Below, piece after piece: positions 27,350 through 38,139 of a stretch of DNA of 64,000 nucleotides. Source of the stretch: an uncultured Naasia sp. (lineage in GTDB: Bacteria > Actinomycetota > Actinomycetes > Actinomycetales > Microbacteriaceae); contig CAJYYA010000012.1 of NCBI GenBank assembly GCA_913778905.1, positions 162,233-226,232 on the forward strand, given 5' to 3'. The notes beneath the pieces are model-generated. The model made no database searches and was not told the DNA's origin. It worked only from the letters and a program-made list of their open reading frames with translations. Each line of letters begins with the position of its first letter. The first letter of the stretch is position 1. Made by a program: the position numbers and the translations under genes.

Positions 27350-28432
27350 ATGTCGATCTCGCTCTTCTCCCCCATCACCCTCCGCTCCACGACCGTGCGC
27401 AACCGTCTCTGGATCGCCCCGATGTGCCAGTACTCCGTGCTCGCGGAGGACGGTGTTCCCACCGATTGGCACCTCGTGCACCTCGGCTCGCTCGCCCGCG
27501 GCGGGGCCGGGATGGTGATCGCCGAGGCGACCGGAGTGTCGCCCGAGGGACGCATCTCGCCGCGCGACACCGGCATCTGGAACGACGAGCAGGTCGCCGC
27601 CTGGCGGCCGATCACCGAATTCATCCGGTCCCAGGGCGCCGTCGCCGGGATCCAGCTCGGGCATGCCGGCCGCAAGGCGTCGACCGCTCCCGGTTGGGGC
27701 ACGGATGCCGGCGGAACCGTCCCGGAGCAGGACGGCGGTTGGCAGCCCGTCGCGCCGTCCGCGCACGCGTTCCCCGGCTACTCCACCCCGTCCGCTCTCG
27801 ACGCCGCGGGGATCGACAAGGTCGTCGACGATTTCGCGACCGCCGCCCGTCGCAGTGTCGACGCGGGTTTCGAGGCGGTGGAGATCCACGCGGCTCACGG
27901 CTACCTGCTGCACCAGTTCCTGTCACCGCTGTCGAACGAGCGCACCGACGAGTACGGCGGCTCTCTCGAGAATCGGGCCCGGTTGACGATGCGCGTCATC
28001 GGCGCCATTCGTGATGCCGTCGGCGATGACACGCTCGTGCTGCTGCGCGTGAGCGGCACCGACTGGCTCGAGGGCGGGTGGGACGTGGAGCAGACCGCGA
28101 CCCTCGCCGGCTGGGCCCGCGACGCGGGTGTCGACCTCGTGGACGTCTCGAGCGGTGGCGTGCTGCCCGCCAGGATCGAGGTGGGCCCCGGGTATCAGGT
28201 GGGCCTAGCCGCCCACGTGCGTGAGGCGACCGGGATGCCGGTGAGCGCGGTGGGCCTCATCACCGAGCCCGATCAGGCGCAGGCCATCCTCGACGAGGGC
28301 TCGGCGGACGTCGTCCAGATCGCCCGCGAGTCCCTCCGCGACCCGCACTTCCCGATCCGCGCCGCCCTCGCCCTGGGCGCCACGGACGTCCCGATGCCCC
28401 CGCAATACGAACGAGCCCTCCCCCGCCGCTGA
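27350..28432 (+). CDS. NADH:flavin oxidoreductase / NADPH dehydrogenase (Old Yellow Enzyme, YqjM-like)
   Basis: APMCQYS, GHAGRKAS and HAAHGYLLHQFLSP motifs; 360 aa. Confidence 0.9.
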   Translation: MSISLFSPITLRSTTVRNRLWIAPMCQYSVLAEDGVPTDWHLVHLGSLARGGAGMVIAEATGVSPEGRISPRDTGIWNDEQVAAWRPITEFIRSQGAVAGIQLGHAGRKASTAPGWGTDAGGTVPEQDGGWQPVAPSAHAFPGYSTPSALDAAGIDKVVDDFATAARRSVDAGFEAVEIHAAHGYLLHQFLSPLSNERTDEYGGSLENRARLTMRVIGAIRDAVGDDTLVLLRVSGTDWLEGGWDVEQTATLAGWARDAGVDLVDVSSGGVLPARIEVGPGYQVGLAAHVREATGMPVSAVGLITEPDQAQAILDEGSADVVQIARESLRDPHFPIRAALALGATDVPMPPQYERALPRR

Positions 28433-28444
28433 CGGCCCGAGGTC

Positions 28445-28790
28445 GGGCCTCGATACGCTCCGCTACTCGGCCGGTCTCGATACGCTCCGCTACTCGACCT
28501 CCGTGATTCCGGACGTCGAGTAGGCCGCCAGGCCGTACCGAGACGGCTCGAGTAGGAGCGAAGCAACGTACCGAGAGCCGACAGAACAGCATCGGCGCAG
28601 CCGATACCTCACGTCGAACCCGAGCGAGGGCCTCGATACGCTCCGCTACTCGGCCGGTCTCGGTACGCTCCGCTACTCGACCCCCGGACGTCGAGTAGGG
28701 ACCGCGAAGCGTCCCGTACCGAGACGGCTCGAGTAGGAGCGAAGCGACGTACCGAGAGCAGCCAGAACAGCATCGGCGCAGCCGATCCCC
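28445..28790. repeat. family A intergenic repeat, two tandem units
   Basis: Unit 1 spans about 28445-28628 and unit 2 about 28629-28790. Each has left arm GGGCCTCGATACGCTCCGCTACTCGGCCGGTCTCGRTACGCTCCGCTACTCGAC, a complementary right arm and the CATCGGCGCAGCCGAT tail. Confidence 0.9.
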
Positions 28791-28843
28791 CCGCGATCGT
28801 TCCGGGGTAGGGCCGCGACCCGGCCGGATGGCATGCTGGGGCG

Positions 28844-30253
28844 GTGCTCGTCCTCGCTGCGGGAGCCCCGCTGCTGTTCGTCATCGCAGCGGTCGTCCTC
28901 CGGCAGTCGGCGACGCGGGCGGCATTCATCGGCCTCGCCGCAGCGGTCGGAAGTGGAATGCTCTGGTTCGGCTTCGACGGCCCCCAGGCGGTGGACGTGC
29001 TCGCTCAGTGGTGGCCGACCGTCCTCGAGGTCCTCGCGATCGTCGCCGGCGGGATCTTCTTCGCCGAAGCGGGTCGCCGCACGGGCGGTCAACTGGCCAT
29101 CGCCCACTGGCTGAGGGAGAACCTCGGCGTCGGTGTGGCCCCGGTGCTCGCCATCGTGCACGGGGTCACCCCGCTGGCCGAAGCCCTGTCCGGTTTCGGG
29201 ATCGGCCTGGCGATCGGTGTCCCCATCCTCTTCGCTCTCGGTTACGGCGGCCGGAAGGCGGCGATCCTCGGGCTGCTCGGCCTGAGCGTCGTGCCGTGGG
29301 GTTCCATGGGCCCGGGCACGCTGGTGGCCGCACGACTAGGCGGTGTCGCCTTCGACCCCCTCGGGCTGGCGTGTGCAGCCCTCAGCCTCCCGGTCTTCCT
29401 CGGCACCGGGATCGCCGCTGCCCTCATGGTCACGGAGAAGCGCGAACGGGCGCGCGGAGTCATCGGGGCAGTCGCCTCGGGCATCGTCCTGTGGGCGTCG
29501 ATCCTGGGTGCGAACGCCCTCTTCGGAACGGCCCCGGCCGGCTCCGTCGGCGCCGCCGTCACTCTCGCGCTGCACCTCGCCGTCCACCGTCTGCGGGCGG
29601 GGCGCCTGTCCGCCACTCGGAGGCTCCTCGCCGCCGTCCTGCCCTACGCGGTGCTGCTCGGCGGGGTCCTCGTCACGTCGAGCGTCATCCGCGCCGTCGG
29701 GTTGACCGGGACGCCTTGGCATCTGCTCTCGTCTCCCGCGCTGTGGCTCCTGACCGCCGGCCTCGTCGCACTACGCTCCCGCCTCCGGGACAGCGGATCC
29801 ACCGCCGCGGCCGCCCTGCGCGCCTGGCTTTTCGTCGGCCCGGCCACGGGACTGTTCATCCTCCTCGGAGCCGTCATGGCGGAGTGCGGGATGTCGCAGA
29901 CGATCGCCGCCGCCCTCGCGTCTCTCGGCTCCGGATATCTCGCGGCCATCCCGCTCATCGGCGGCCTGGGCGGATTCGTCAGCGGATCGAACAGCGGGAG
30001 CAACGCGATGTTCGCGGGTCCTCAGTCGGCTGCGGGCGTGGCGCTGGGGGTCTCGCCCCTGGGGGTGACGGCGATGCAGAACGTCGCGGGGTCGCTGTTC
30101 ATCATGTCCTCGCCGGCTCGCGTCGAGTTCGCGACCCGACTGTGCCCAGACCCTCCCCGGCGTGGAAGCGTCATGCGAGGAGTGCTCCGCGTCGACCTCG
30201 TGGTCGTCACGGTCCTGGCAGGCCTCAGCCTGCTCCTGCTCCCGCGCTGGTGA
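28844..30253 (+). CDS. L-lactate permease family transporter (LctP-like, short form)
   Basis: GTG start; polytopic. The GGLGGFVSGSNSGSNAMF segment is characteristic of the LctP family. Confidence 0.65.
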   Translation: MLVLAAGAPLLFVIAAVVLRQSATRAAFIGLAAAVGSGMLWFGFDGPQAVDVLAQWWPTVLEVLAIVAGGIFFAEAGRRTGGQLAIAHWLRENLGVGVAPVLAIVHGVTPLAEALSGFGIGLAIGVPILFALGYGGRKAAILGLLGLSVVPWGSMGPGTLVAARLGGVAFDPLGLACAALSLPVFLGTGIAAALMVTEKRERARGVIGAVASGIVLWASILGANALFGTAPAGSVGAAVTLALHLAVHRLRAGRLSATRRLLAAVLPYAVLLGGVLVTSSVIRAVGLTGTPWHLLSSPALWLLTAGLVALRSRLRDSGSTAAAALRAWLFVGPATGLFILLGAVMAECGMSQTIAAALASLGSGYLAAIPLIGGLGGFVSGSNSGSNAMFAGPQSAAGVALGVSPLGVTAMQNVAGSLFIMSSPARVEFATRLCPDPPRRGSVMRGVLRVDLVVVTVLAGLSLLLLPRW

Positions 30254-30257
30254 GACC

Positions 30258-31298
30258 TCAGAGGCGGCGGCGGGTGGCGTCGTGGACCTCGCCCACGAGT
30301 TCCTCGATGATGTCCTCGAGGAAGAGGACCCCGGTCGTCGCGCCGCTCTCGTCGAAGGCGCGCGCCACGTGCACGCCCGATCGGCGCATGGCGGCGAGTG
30401 CGTCCTCCAGCTCGGTGCCCTCGTAGATCGACACCAGTTGACGAACGAACTTCGCCGGCACGGGCAGATCGTATTCATCGTCGTCCAGCTCCAGCACGTC
30501 CTTGAGGTGCAAGTAGCCGGTCGGCTCCCCCGCCTCATCGACGAGCACGTACCGGGAGAACCCGCGCTGGGAGACGGCACGTTCGAGGTCTGCCGGGGTC
30601 GCGTCGGCGGCGAGCGTCACGAGAGACGAGAGCGGCAGTGCGATGTCGCTGACCTTCTTCTCCGTGAACTCGAACGCGGCGAGCAGGCCGCCCCGGGTGT
30701 CGGCGAGCACGCCCTCCTTCGTCGACTGCGACACGATCGTCTGCACTTCGTCCAGCGTGAAGGTGCTGGCCGCCTCGTCCTTCGGCTCGATGCCGACGAG
30801 CCGGACGATGGCGTTGGCCGTGCCGTTGAGCGCGGCGATGATCGGGCGCAGCACCGTGGCGATGAACACGAGCGGCTGCGCGAGCAGCAGCACGGCGCGA
30901 TCCGGGACCGAGAACGAGAGGTTCTTCGGCACCATCTCGCCGATCACGACGTGCAGGTAGGAGACCAGCAGCAGCGCGAGGATGAACCCGATGACGCCGA
31001 TCGCCTCTTCGGACAGCCCCGTGAGACCCAGCGGGATCTCGAGGAGGTGGTGGATGGCCGGCTCGGAGACGTTCAGGATCAGCAGCGAGCAGACCGTGAT
31101 GCCGAGCTGACACGTCGCGAGCATCAGCGTCGCGTGCTCCATGGCCCACAGCGCGGTCTTGGCGCTGCGCTTGCCGGATTCGGCGAGCGGCTCGATCTGC
31201 GAGCGACGTGCCGAGATGACCGCGAATTCGGCGGCCACGAAGAACCCGTTGGCCAGCAGCAGGACCACGAGCCAGGCGATGCCTGCCCAGTCGTTCAC
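30258..31298 (-). CDS. hemolysin/CNNM family protein (DUF21 plus CBS pair)
   Basis: N-terminal NGFFVAAEFAVISARRS (DUF21) followed by CBS-like repeats. Lacks a CorC_HlyC C-terminal domain. Confidence 0.85.
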   Translation of the reverse strand: MNDWAGIAWLVVLLLANGFFVAAEFAVISARRSQIEPLAESGKRSAKTALWAMEHATLMLATCQLGITVCSLLILNVSEPAIHHLLEIPLGLTGLSEEAIGVIGFILALLLVSYLHVVIGEMVPKNLSFSVPDRAVLLLAQPLVFIATVLRPIIAALNGTANAIVRLVGIEPKDEAASTFTLDEVQTIVSQSTKEGVLADTRGGLLAAFEFTEKKVSDIALPLSSLVTLAADATPADLERAVSQRGFSRYVLVDEAGEPTGYLHLKDVLELDDDEYDLPVPAKFVRQLVSIYEGTELEDALAAMRRSGVHVARAFDESGATTGVLFLEDIIEELVGEVHDATRRRL

Positions 31299-32665
31299 GG
31301 CGTCTCCCGCCCGTTGTCGTCGGTGCCCGCGCGTCCTCGGACCCCGCCCAGCGGCTCGATCACCTCGGGTTCGTCGGGCGGTGCGGGGATGTAACGCAGG
31401 CGGTCGATGCGGCGGCCGTCGAGGCGGAGCACGGTCAGCGTGCCGTGCTCCAGAGGCACGACATCACCCACGACCGCGAGACGGCCGAGCTGTTGCAGCG
31501 CATAACCGGCGATGGTCTCGTAGTGGTCGCCCTCGGGCACCACGACACCGGACTGCTCGAGCACCTCGTCGGGTCGCAGGCTGCCGGGGATGGTGATCGA
31601 GGTCTTGCTGCGGACAACGCCCGCTCGCGTGCGGTCGTGCTCGTCGGCGAGGTCGCCCACGAGCTCCTCGACGAGGTCCTCGAGGGTCGCGACCCCGGCC
31701 GTTCCGCCGTACTCGTCCACCACGACCGCCATCTGATACCCGGCGGCGCGGAGTTCAGCGAGAAGGGTGTCGAGTTGCATGGTCTCTGGCACGCGCAGCG
31801 CCTCGGTCTGCAGGGCTCCGACCGGCACGCTCGAGCGCTTGTCCCGCGGAACGGCGACGGCCTGCTTGATGTGGACCAGACCGACGATGTCGTCCAGCCC
31901 GCCCTCGGTCACGGGGAATCGCGAATGACCCGTCCGACGCGCGAGCTCGATGACGGCCTGAGCGGTGTCGCCGCGATCGAGGGCGGCGAGACGCGGACGC
32001 GGAGTCATGACATCCGCCGCCACGAGGTCCGAGAATTCGAGGGTCCGGGTGAGCAGGGTGGCCGTGTCGCTGTCGAGCACTCCGGCGGTGGCGGATCGGC
32101 GCACCAGCGAGCTGAGCTCCTCCGCGGTGCGAGCACCCGACAGCTCCTCCTTCGGTTCGATGCCGAACGAGCGGAGGATTCCGTTCGCCGACCCGTTGAG
32201 CACGGCGATCGCCGGGCGGAAGACGGTGGTGAAGAGGGTCTGGAAGGGGATGACCACCTTGGCCGTGACGCGCGGCACCGCGAGGGCCATGTTCTTCGGC
32301 ACCAACTCGCCGACGATCATCGAGAAGAGGGTCGCGATGGCGATGCCGACCACGGCCCCGACGGGCCGCACGACGGGCTCCGGAAGTCCGAGCGCGAGGA
32401 ACGGACCCTCGAGCAGACGGCTGATGGCCGGTTCCATCGTGTACCCGGTGAGCAGGGTCGTCAGGGTGATGCCGAGCTGTGCGCTGGAGAGGTGGGTCGA
32501 GGTGATCTTGAGAGCCGCGATGGTGCCGCCGAGGCGCTTCTCACCGCGTTCCTGTCGCGCTTCGAGATCGCCGCGGTCGAGATTGACCAGCGCGAATTCC
32601 GAGGCCACGAAGAAGCCGGTCCCGACCGTGAGGATCAGACCCACTCCCAGAAGGATCCAGTCCAT
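31295..32665 (-). CDS. hemolysin/CNNM family protein (DUF21, CBS pair, CorC_HlyC)
   Basis: TGFFVASEFALVNLDR, a CBS pair, and a C-terminal transporter-associated domain (ETIAGYALQQLGRLAVVGDVV). Overlaps the downstream paralog by 4 nt. Confidence 0.85.
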   Translation of the reverse strand: MDWILLGVGLILTVGTGFFVASEFALVNLDRGDLEARQERGEKRLGGTIAALKITSTHLSSAQLGITLTTLLTGYTMEPAISRLLEGPFLALGLPEPVVRPVGAVVGIAIATLFSMIVGELVPKNMALAVPRVTAKVVIPFQTLFTTVFRPAIAVLNGSANGILRSFGIEPKEELSGARTAEELSSLVRRSATAGVLDSDTATLLTRTLEFSDLVAADVMTPRPRLAALDRGDTAQAVIELARRTGHSRFPVTEGGLDDIVGLVHIKQAVAVPRDKRSSVPVGALQTEALRVPETMQLDTLLAELRAAGYQMAVVVDEYGGTAGVATLEDLVEELVGDLADEHDRTRAGVVRSKTSITIPGSLRPDEVLEQSGVVVPEGDHYETIAGYALQQLGRLAVVGDVVPLEHGTLTVLRLDGRRIDRLRYIPAPPDEPEVIEPLGGVRGRAGTDDNGRETP

Positions 32666-32970
32666 CAGTTCGAGTGCCCCTCACTCGGCTGAGTCACGAG
32701 AAGAGGCCGGAACAAGGTGGCGGCGCGGGCGGCACGGGGATGCGGAGGATCGTCCATGGGAGCGTCAAGTATACGAAGGCCCGATGACCGGCCTGGTGGG
32801 GGTTCGCCGAGAGAGCAATCGACACGTTCCGATGCGCGACGTGCGCGGCCCCGTCGGTCAGCCGTGGCGCACGATGTCCAGGCTAGGATCGATACCCGTT
32901 CGGATACGTGGAAGCGGAGATCATCCGCGCAGTGCAACGGGAGTGGGCGAACAGTCTGGTGTCGAACCAA

Positions 32971-35900
32971 ATGACCGGGACCGATGAAGGTGGAGCCGGT
33001 GAATTCGGCGCGAACGAATGGCTCGTCGACGAGCTGTACGAGCGCTGGCTGGAAGACAAGAACTCGGTCGACGAGTCGTGGTGGCCGACCCTGGAGGCCT
33101 ACCACCCGGTGAGCACCGAGACGGGCGCGATCACGCTCCCCTCGGCGACCACCCCGACCGAGGCTCCCCCGGCTCCCGCGGCAGCACCCGCCCCGGCCCC
33201 TGCGGCGGCTCCGGCCCCGGCCCCCGCCCCCGCGGTGTCCGTCTCCGAGAGCCCCGCACCCACGACGGCGCCGGCCCCCGAGAAGCTCGCGGCCAAGACC
33301 ACTTCGGTCGCCCCGCGCCAGCAGCCGATCCCCGCTCAGGCCCCGGCCGGTAAGGCCGATGCCCAGGGCGAGGCGGAGGCCGACAAGGTCACCCCGCTCC
33401 GCGGCCTCGCGAAGACCCTCTCGACCAACATGGATCAGAGCCTCACGATCCCGACCGCGACGAGCGTCCGCACGATCCCGGCGAAGCTGATGATCGACAA
33501 CCGCATCGTCATCAACAACCACCTGAAGCGTGCGCGCGGCGGCAAGATCTCGTTCACCCACCTCATCGGCTGGGCGCTCGTCCAGGTGCTCAAGGGGTTC
33601 CCCAGCCAGAACGTGCACTACGCCGAGGTCGACGGCAAGCCGTCTCTCGTCCAGCCCGCTCACGTGGGTCTCGGCATCGCGATCGACCTGCCCAAGCCCG
33701 ACGGCACCCGAGCCCTCATGGTCCCGAGCATCAAGCGCGCCGAGACCATGGACTTCGGCGAGTTCGTCGCCGCCTACGAGGCTCTGGTGAAGAAGGCACG
33801 CGCCGGCAAGCTCGAGGCGGGCGACTTCCAGGGCACGACGCTGTCGCTGACGAACCCCGGCGGAATCGGCACCGTCCACTCGGTGCCCCGTCTGATGAAG
33901 GGTCAGGGCGCCATCATCGGTGCCGGGGCCCTCGAGTACCCGGCCGAATTCCAGGGCGCGAGCGAGAAGACGCTCGTCGACCTCGGCATCGGCAAGACCA
34001 TCACCCTCACCTCGACCTATGACCACCGCGTCATCCAGGGTGCGGGTTCGGGCGAGTTCCTCAAGATGGTCCACGAGCTGCTGATCGGTCAGCGCGGCTT
34101 CTACGACGACATCTTCGCGGCGCTTCGCATCCCGTACGCGCCCATCCACTGGAAGTCCGACATCAACGTCGACTCCGCCTCGGCGATCTCCAAGACCGCC
34201 CGTGTTCACGAGCTGATCAACTCCTACCGCGTGCGCGGCCACCTCATGGCCGACATCGACCCGCTCGAGTACGTGCAGCGCACGCACCCCGACCTCGAGA
34301 TCGAGAGCCACGGACTCACCTTCTGGGATCTCGACCGCGAGTTCGTCGTCGGCGGATTCGGCGGCAAGAGCTCGATCAAGCTGCGCGAGGTCCTCGGAAT
34401 CCTGCGCGACTCGTACTGCCGCACCGTCGGACTCGAGTACATGCACATCCAGGTCCCCGAGCAGCGCAAGTGGATCCAGGACCAGGTCGAGAAGCCCTAC
34501 GAGAAGCCGCGTCACGACGAGCAGATGCGGATCCTCTCGAAGCTCAACGAGGCCGAGGCGTTCGAGACCTTCCTGCAGACCAAGTACGTCGGCCAGAAGC
34601 GCTTCAGCCTCGAGGGCAGCGAGTCGCTGATCTCGTTGCTCGACACCGTGATCCAGGAGGCCGCCGAGGACGAGCTGTCCGAGGTCGCCATCGGCATGGC
34701 GCACCGTGGCCGCCTCAACGTGCTGACCAACATCGCGGGCAAGACCTACGGTCAGATCTTCCGCGAGTTCGAGGGCACGCAGGACCCGAAGACTGTCCAG
34801 GGTTCCGGGGACGTGAAGTACCACCTCGGCACCGAGGGCACCTACGAGGGCGCCGACGGCGCGAAGATCCCCGTCTACCTCGCCGCGAACCCCTCGCACC
34901 TCGAGGCCGTCGACGGCGTGCTCGAGGGCATCGTCCGGGCCAAGCAGGACCGCTTCGCCCCCGGCACGTTCTCGATCCTGCCGATCCTCATCCACGGTGA
35001 CGCCGCCATGGCCGGCCAGGGCGTGGTCGTTGAGACGCTGCAGATGTCGCAGCTGCGCGGCTACCGCACGGGCGGCACGATCCACCTGGTCGTCAACAAC
35101 CAGGTCGGCTTCACCACGCCTCCCGGCGAGAGCCGGACCTCGGTCTACTCGACCGACGTCGCCAAGACCGTCCAGGCGCCGATCTTCCACGTGAACGGCG
35201 ACGACCCCGAGGCCGTGGCCCGCGTCGCTCAGCTGGCCTACGAGTTCCGCCAGCAGTTCCACAAGGACGTCGTGATCGACCTCGTCTGCTACCGCCGCCG
35301 CGGTCACAACGAGGGCGACGACCCCTCGATGACGCAGCCCCTGATGTACAACCTCATCGAGGCGAAGCGCAGCGTGCGCAAGCTCTACACCGAGGGCCTC
35401 GTGGGTCGTGGCGACATCACGCAGGAGGAGTACGACAACGCGCACCGCGATTTCCAGGACCGCCTGGAGCGCGCCTTCGCCGAGACGCACGCCGCGCAGA
35501 CGTCGTCGAGCCCGGTGGTCGAGCCCGACGCGGACGCCGACGAGGTGGCCGAACTCGAGATGCCCGAGTCGCAGCGTGGTGAGGACGCTCCGGTCGACCC
35601 GACGACGACCGCGGTGTCCCGCGAGGTCGTCGAGGCCATCGGCGACGCCCACGACAACCCGCCCGCGAACTTCACGGTGCACCCGAAGCTGCAGGCTCTC
35701 CTCAAGAAGCGTCTCGACATGAGCCGCAACGGCAACATCGACTGGGCCTTCGGCGAGCTTCTCGCGATCGGTTCGCTGCTGACCGAGGGCACCCCGGTGC
35801 GTCTGGCCGGCCAGGACAGCCGTCGCGGCACGTTCGTCCAGCGTCACGCCGTGTTCCACGACCGTGAGAACGGCCAGGAATGGCTGCCGCTGCTCAACCT

Positions 35901-36765
35901 GAGCGACGAGCAGGCGCGCCTGTGGATCTACGATTCTCTGCTGAGCGAGTACGCCGCGCTGGCGTTCGAATACGGCTACTCGGTCGAGCGCCCGGACGCG
36001 CTCGTCATGTGGGAGGCCCAGTTCGGCGACTTCGCGAACGGTGCGCAGACGGTCATCGACGAGTTCATCTCGTCGGCCGAGCAGAAGTGGGGTCAGCGCT
36101 CGAGCGTCGTCATGCTGCTCCCGCACGGCTACGAGGGCCAGGGACCGGACCACTCGTCCGCCCGCATCGAGCGGTACCTGCAGCTCTGCGCCGAGGACAA
36201 CATGACGGTGGCCGAGCCCTCGACGCCGGCGTCGTACTTCCACCTGCTGCGCCGTCAGGCCTACGCCCGCCCGCGCCGCCCGCTCGTGGTGTTCACGCCG
36301 AAGTCGATGCTCCGCCTGCGCGGAGCATCGAGCTCGATCGAGGACTTCACGAACGGCCGCTTCGAGCCCGTGCTCGACGACGCGCGTCTGACCGACAAGT
36401 CGAAGGTGCGTCGTGTCGTGCTGCACGCCGGCAAGATCCACTACGACCTGCTGACCGAACTCGGCAAGCGCGAATCGAGCGAGGAGATCGCGCTCGTCCG
36501 CCTCGAGCAGTTCTACCCGCTGCCGCTCGAGGAGCTCGCCAAGGTCCTCGCCGAGTACCCGGGAGCCGAGCTGGTCTGGGCTCAGGACGAGCCGGAGAAT
36601 CAGGGCGCCTGGCCGTTCGTCTGCCTCGAGCTGGCGAAGCACCTCGACGGGCGGACCATCCGCGTCGTGTCGCGTGCCGCGGCCGCCTCGCCCGCTGCGG
36701 GATCCGCCAAGCGTCACGCCCAGGAGCAGACCGCGCTCATCGCGCGCGCCGTCGACCTGAGCTGA
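32971..36765 (+). CDS. kgd: multifunctional 2-oxoglutarate decarboxylase/dehydrogenase, E1 fused to an E2-like acyltransferase segment (Kgd/OdhA type)
   Basis: N-terminal NEWLVDELYERW, an Ala/Pro linker, E2 catalytic DHRVIQGAGSGEF, then a full E1o ThDP domain. The start is uncertain (ATG 32971, GTG 32959 or 32908). Confidence 0.9.
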   Translation: MTGTDEGGAGEFGANEWLVDELYERWLEDKNSVDESWWPTLEAYHPVSTETGAITLPSATTPTEAPPAPAAAPAPAPAAAPAPAPAPAVSVSESPAPTTAPAPEKLAAKTTSVAPRQQPIPAQAPAGKADAQGEAEADKVTPLRGLAKTLSTNMDQSLTIPTATSVRTIPAKLMIDNRIVINNHLKRARGGKISFTHLIGWALVQVLKGFPSQNVHYAEVDGKPSLVQPAHVGLGIAIDLPKPDGTRALMVPSIKRAETMDFGEFVAAYEALVKKARAGKLEAGDFQGTTLSLTNPGGIGTVHSVPRLMKGQGAIIGAGALEYPAEFQGASEKTLVDLGIGKTITLTSTYDHRVIQGAGSGEFLKMVHELLIGQRGFYDDIFAALRIPYAPIHWKSDINVDSASAISKTARVHELINSYRVRGHLMADIDPLEYVQRTHPDLEIESHGLTFWDLDREFVVGGFGGKSSIKLREVLGILRDSYCRTVGLEYMHIQVPEQRKWIQDQVEKPYEKPRHDEQMRILSKLNEAEAFETFLQTKYVGQKRFSLEGSESLISLLDTVIQEAAEDELSEVAIGMAHRGRLNVLTNIAGKTYGQIFREFEGTQDPKTVQGSGDVKYHLGTEGTYEGADGAKIPVYLAANPSHLEAVDGVLEGIVRAKQDRFAPGTFSILPILIHGDAAMAGQGVVVETLQMSQLRGYRTGGTIHLVVNNQVGFTTPPGESRTSVYSTDVAKTVQAPIFHVNGDDPEAVARVAQLAYEFRQQFHKDVVIDLVCYRRRGHNEGDDPSMTQPLMYNLIEAKRSVRKLYTEGLVGRGDITQEEYDNAHRDFQDRLERAFAETHAAQTSSSPVVEPDADADEVAELEMPESQRGEDAPVDPTTTAVSREVVEAIGDAHDNPPANFTVHPKLQALLKKRLDMSRNGNIDWAFGELLAIGSLLTEGTPVRLAGQDSRRGTFVQRHAVFHDRENGQEWLPLLNLSDEQARLWIYDSLLSEYAALAFEYGYSVERPDALVMWEAQFGDFANGAQTVIDEFISSAEQKWGQRSSVVMLLPHGYEGQGPDHSSARIERYLQLCAEDNMTVAEPSTPASYFHLLRRQAYARPRRPLVVFTPKSMLRLRGASSSIEDFTNGRFEPVLDDARLTDKSKVRRVVLHAGKIHYDLLTELGKRESSEEIALVRLEQFYPLPLEELAKVLAEYPGAELVWAQDEPENQGAWPFVCLELAKHLDGRTIRVVSRAAAASPAAGSAKRHAQEQTALIARAVDLS

Positions 36766-36820
36766 CACGTCGCGGCCGACGGCCGCCACGAGACGAGCCG
36801 CCGATCGGAAAGGATCGCTG

Positions 36821-37645
36821 ATGCCTGAGGGCGACAGCGTGTTCCGGTTGGCGGCTCGTCTGCGTCCGGCGCTCGAGCGCCAGCGACTCGACCGTGTGGA
36901 GCTGCGCGGAGGGCGGGCGGCGGGACTGATCGTGCGCGATCTCGAGGTGCTGGAGATCGCGACGCATGGCAAACACATGCTCACGCGCTTCGACACGGGC
37001 GACACGCTCCACACGCATCTGCTCATGCAGGGCAGTTGGACAGTCACCGGACCGGGGAAGGTGCTCCCCCGCAGGATCATGCCCGACGTCAGAGCCGTCC
37101 TCGCCACACACGCAGGTCCCACCGCCTGGGCAGTCGACGTACCCATCATCGACCTGCTGCGCACCGCCGACGAGAACACCGTCATCGGACATCTCGGCCC
37201 TGACCCACTGCGTACCGACTGGGACGAGGACGAAGCTCTCCGGCGGCTCGGAAGGCGACCCGACCGCGCCATCATCGTCGCACTACTGGATCAGCGGAAT
37301 CTCGCCGGGATCGGCAACCTCTGGGCCAACGAACTCTGCTTCCTTCGTGGGCTGCATCCCTGGCGTCCTGTCGGAACCGTCGACCTTGCGCCCCTGGTCC
37401 GTCTCGCTGTCCGGACCCTGCGCTATTCGGCCACTCCGCCCAACGCCTACCAGGTCACGACGGGCGACACCCGCCCGGGTCGTAGTCATTGGGTAGCCGG
37501 CCGAGCGGGCAGACCATGCCTGCGTTGCGGCACGACGATCCGCGTGCGCGACGAGGTTCGAGCGGACCCGGAACAACGCCGGACCTGGTGGTGCCCACGG
37601 TGCCAACCTGAAAGCGAGGTGGGAAACGAGGGCGTGTCGGGCTGA
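36821..37645 (+). CDS. nei: Fpg/Nei family DNA glycosylase (endonuclease VIII-like)
   Basis: N-terminal MPEGD (catalytic Pro2/Glu3), an H2TH region and a C-terminal zinc finger CLRCG..(18 aa)..CPRC. Confidence 0.85.
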   Translation: MPEGDSVFRLAARLRPALERQRLDRVELRGGRAAGLIVRDLEVLEIATHGKHMLTRFDTGDTLHTHLLMQGSWTVTGPGKVLPRRIMPDVRAVLATHAGPTAWAVDVPIIDLLRTADENTVIGHLGPDPLRTDWDEDEALRRLGRRPDRAIIVALLDQRNLAGIGNLWANELCFLRGLHPWRPVGTVDLAPLVRLAVRTLRYSATPPNAYQVTTGDTRPGRSHWVAGRAGRPCLRCGTTIRVRDEVRADPEQRRTWWCPRCQPESEVGNEGVSG

Positions 37646-37749
37646 AAGCTGGGTGTCCGCCTCGTGTTCGGTCTCGAAATCCACAGACGACCGATAGGTT
37701 TCGAAGAGAGCCGTCTCGGCCATCTTCCGCACAACACTAAGGAGTTTCC

Positions 37750-38070
37750 GTGTCGCTGCCCTCTGAGCCCGCTCCCTACACCGCAACCGGTGGAGCGTCC
37801 GCTTCCCCCAAGAAGACGAAGTCCATCCTGTCCGTCGTCTTCGGCGGCGTCAGCATCCTCTTCTCGCTCTTCCTCCCCATCATCTGGATCCTGCTCGGCA
37901 TCGCCGGCGTCATCCTCGGCTTCATGGGACGCAAGAGCGAGCCCGCCGCGGGCAAGCTCCCCCTGATCGGTATCATCCTCAGCTTCGTCGGAATCGCCGC
38001 GTGCCTGATCTCGATGATCCTCGGCGCCATCCTGCTCACGGCGGCGATGAATGGCCAGACCACCATGTGA
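37750..38070 (+). CDS. DUF4190-like small membrane protein
   Basis: GTG preceded by AAGGAG. Two to three hydrophobic helices with a GIIL..G pattern; 106 aa. Confidence 0.7.
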   Translation: MSLPSEPAPYTATGGASASPKKTKSILSVVFGGVSILFSLFLPIIWILLGIAGVILGFMGRKSEPAAGKLPLIGIILSFVGIAACLISMILGAILLTAAMNGQTTM

Positions 38071-38085
38071 CCTGAGTCACTCGAC

Positions 38086-38124
38086 GAAGAAGGGCCCCAC
38101 CTGGATCAGGTGGGGCCCTTCTTC
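38086..38124. terminator. bidirectional terminator hairpin between convergent genes
   Basis: GAAGAAGGGCCCCACCTG-GAT-CAGGTGGGGCCCTTCTTC gives an 18-bp perfect stem followed by TCTGT. Confidence 0.75.
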
Positions 38125-38139
38125 TGTGCACGCTCTTCG

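Noticed and set aside
32665-37275. 1536-aa ORF on the minus strand opposite kgd and nei
   Set aside because: It is Arg/Gly/Val/Leu/Asp-rich with no recognisable domains and lies exactly antisense to a convincing 1264-aa Kgd gene. Long stop-free antisense frames are expected at this GC content.
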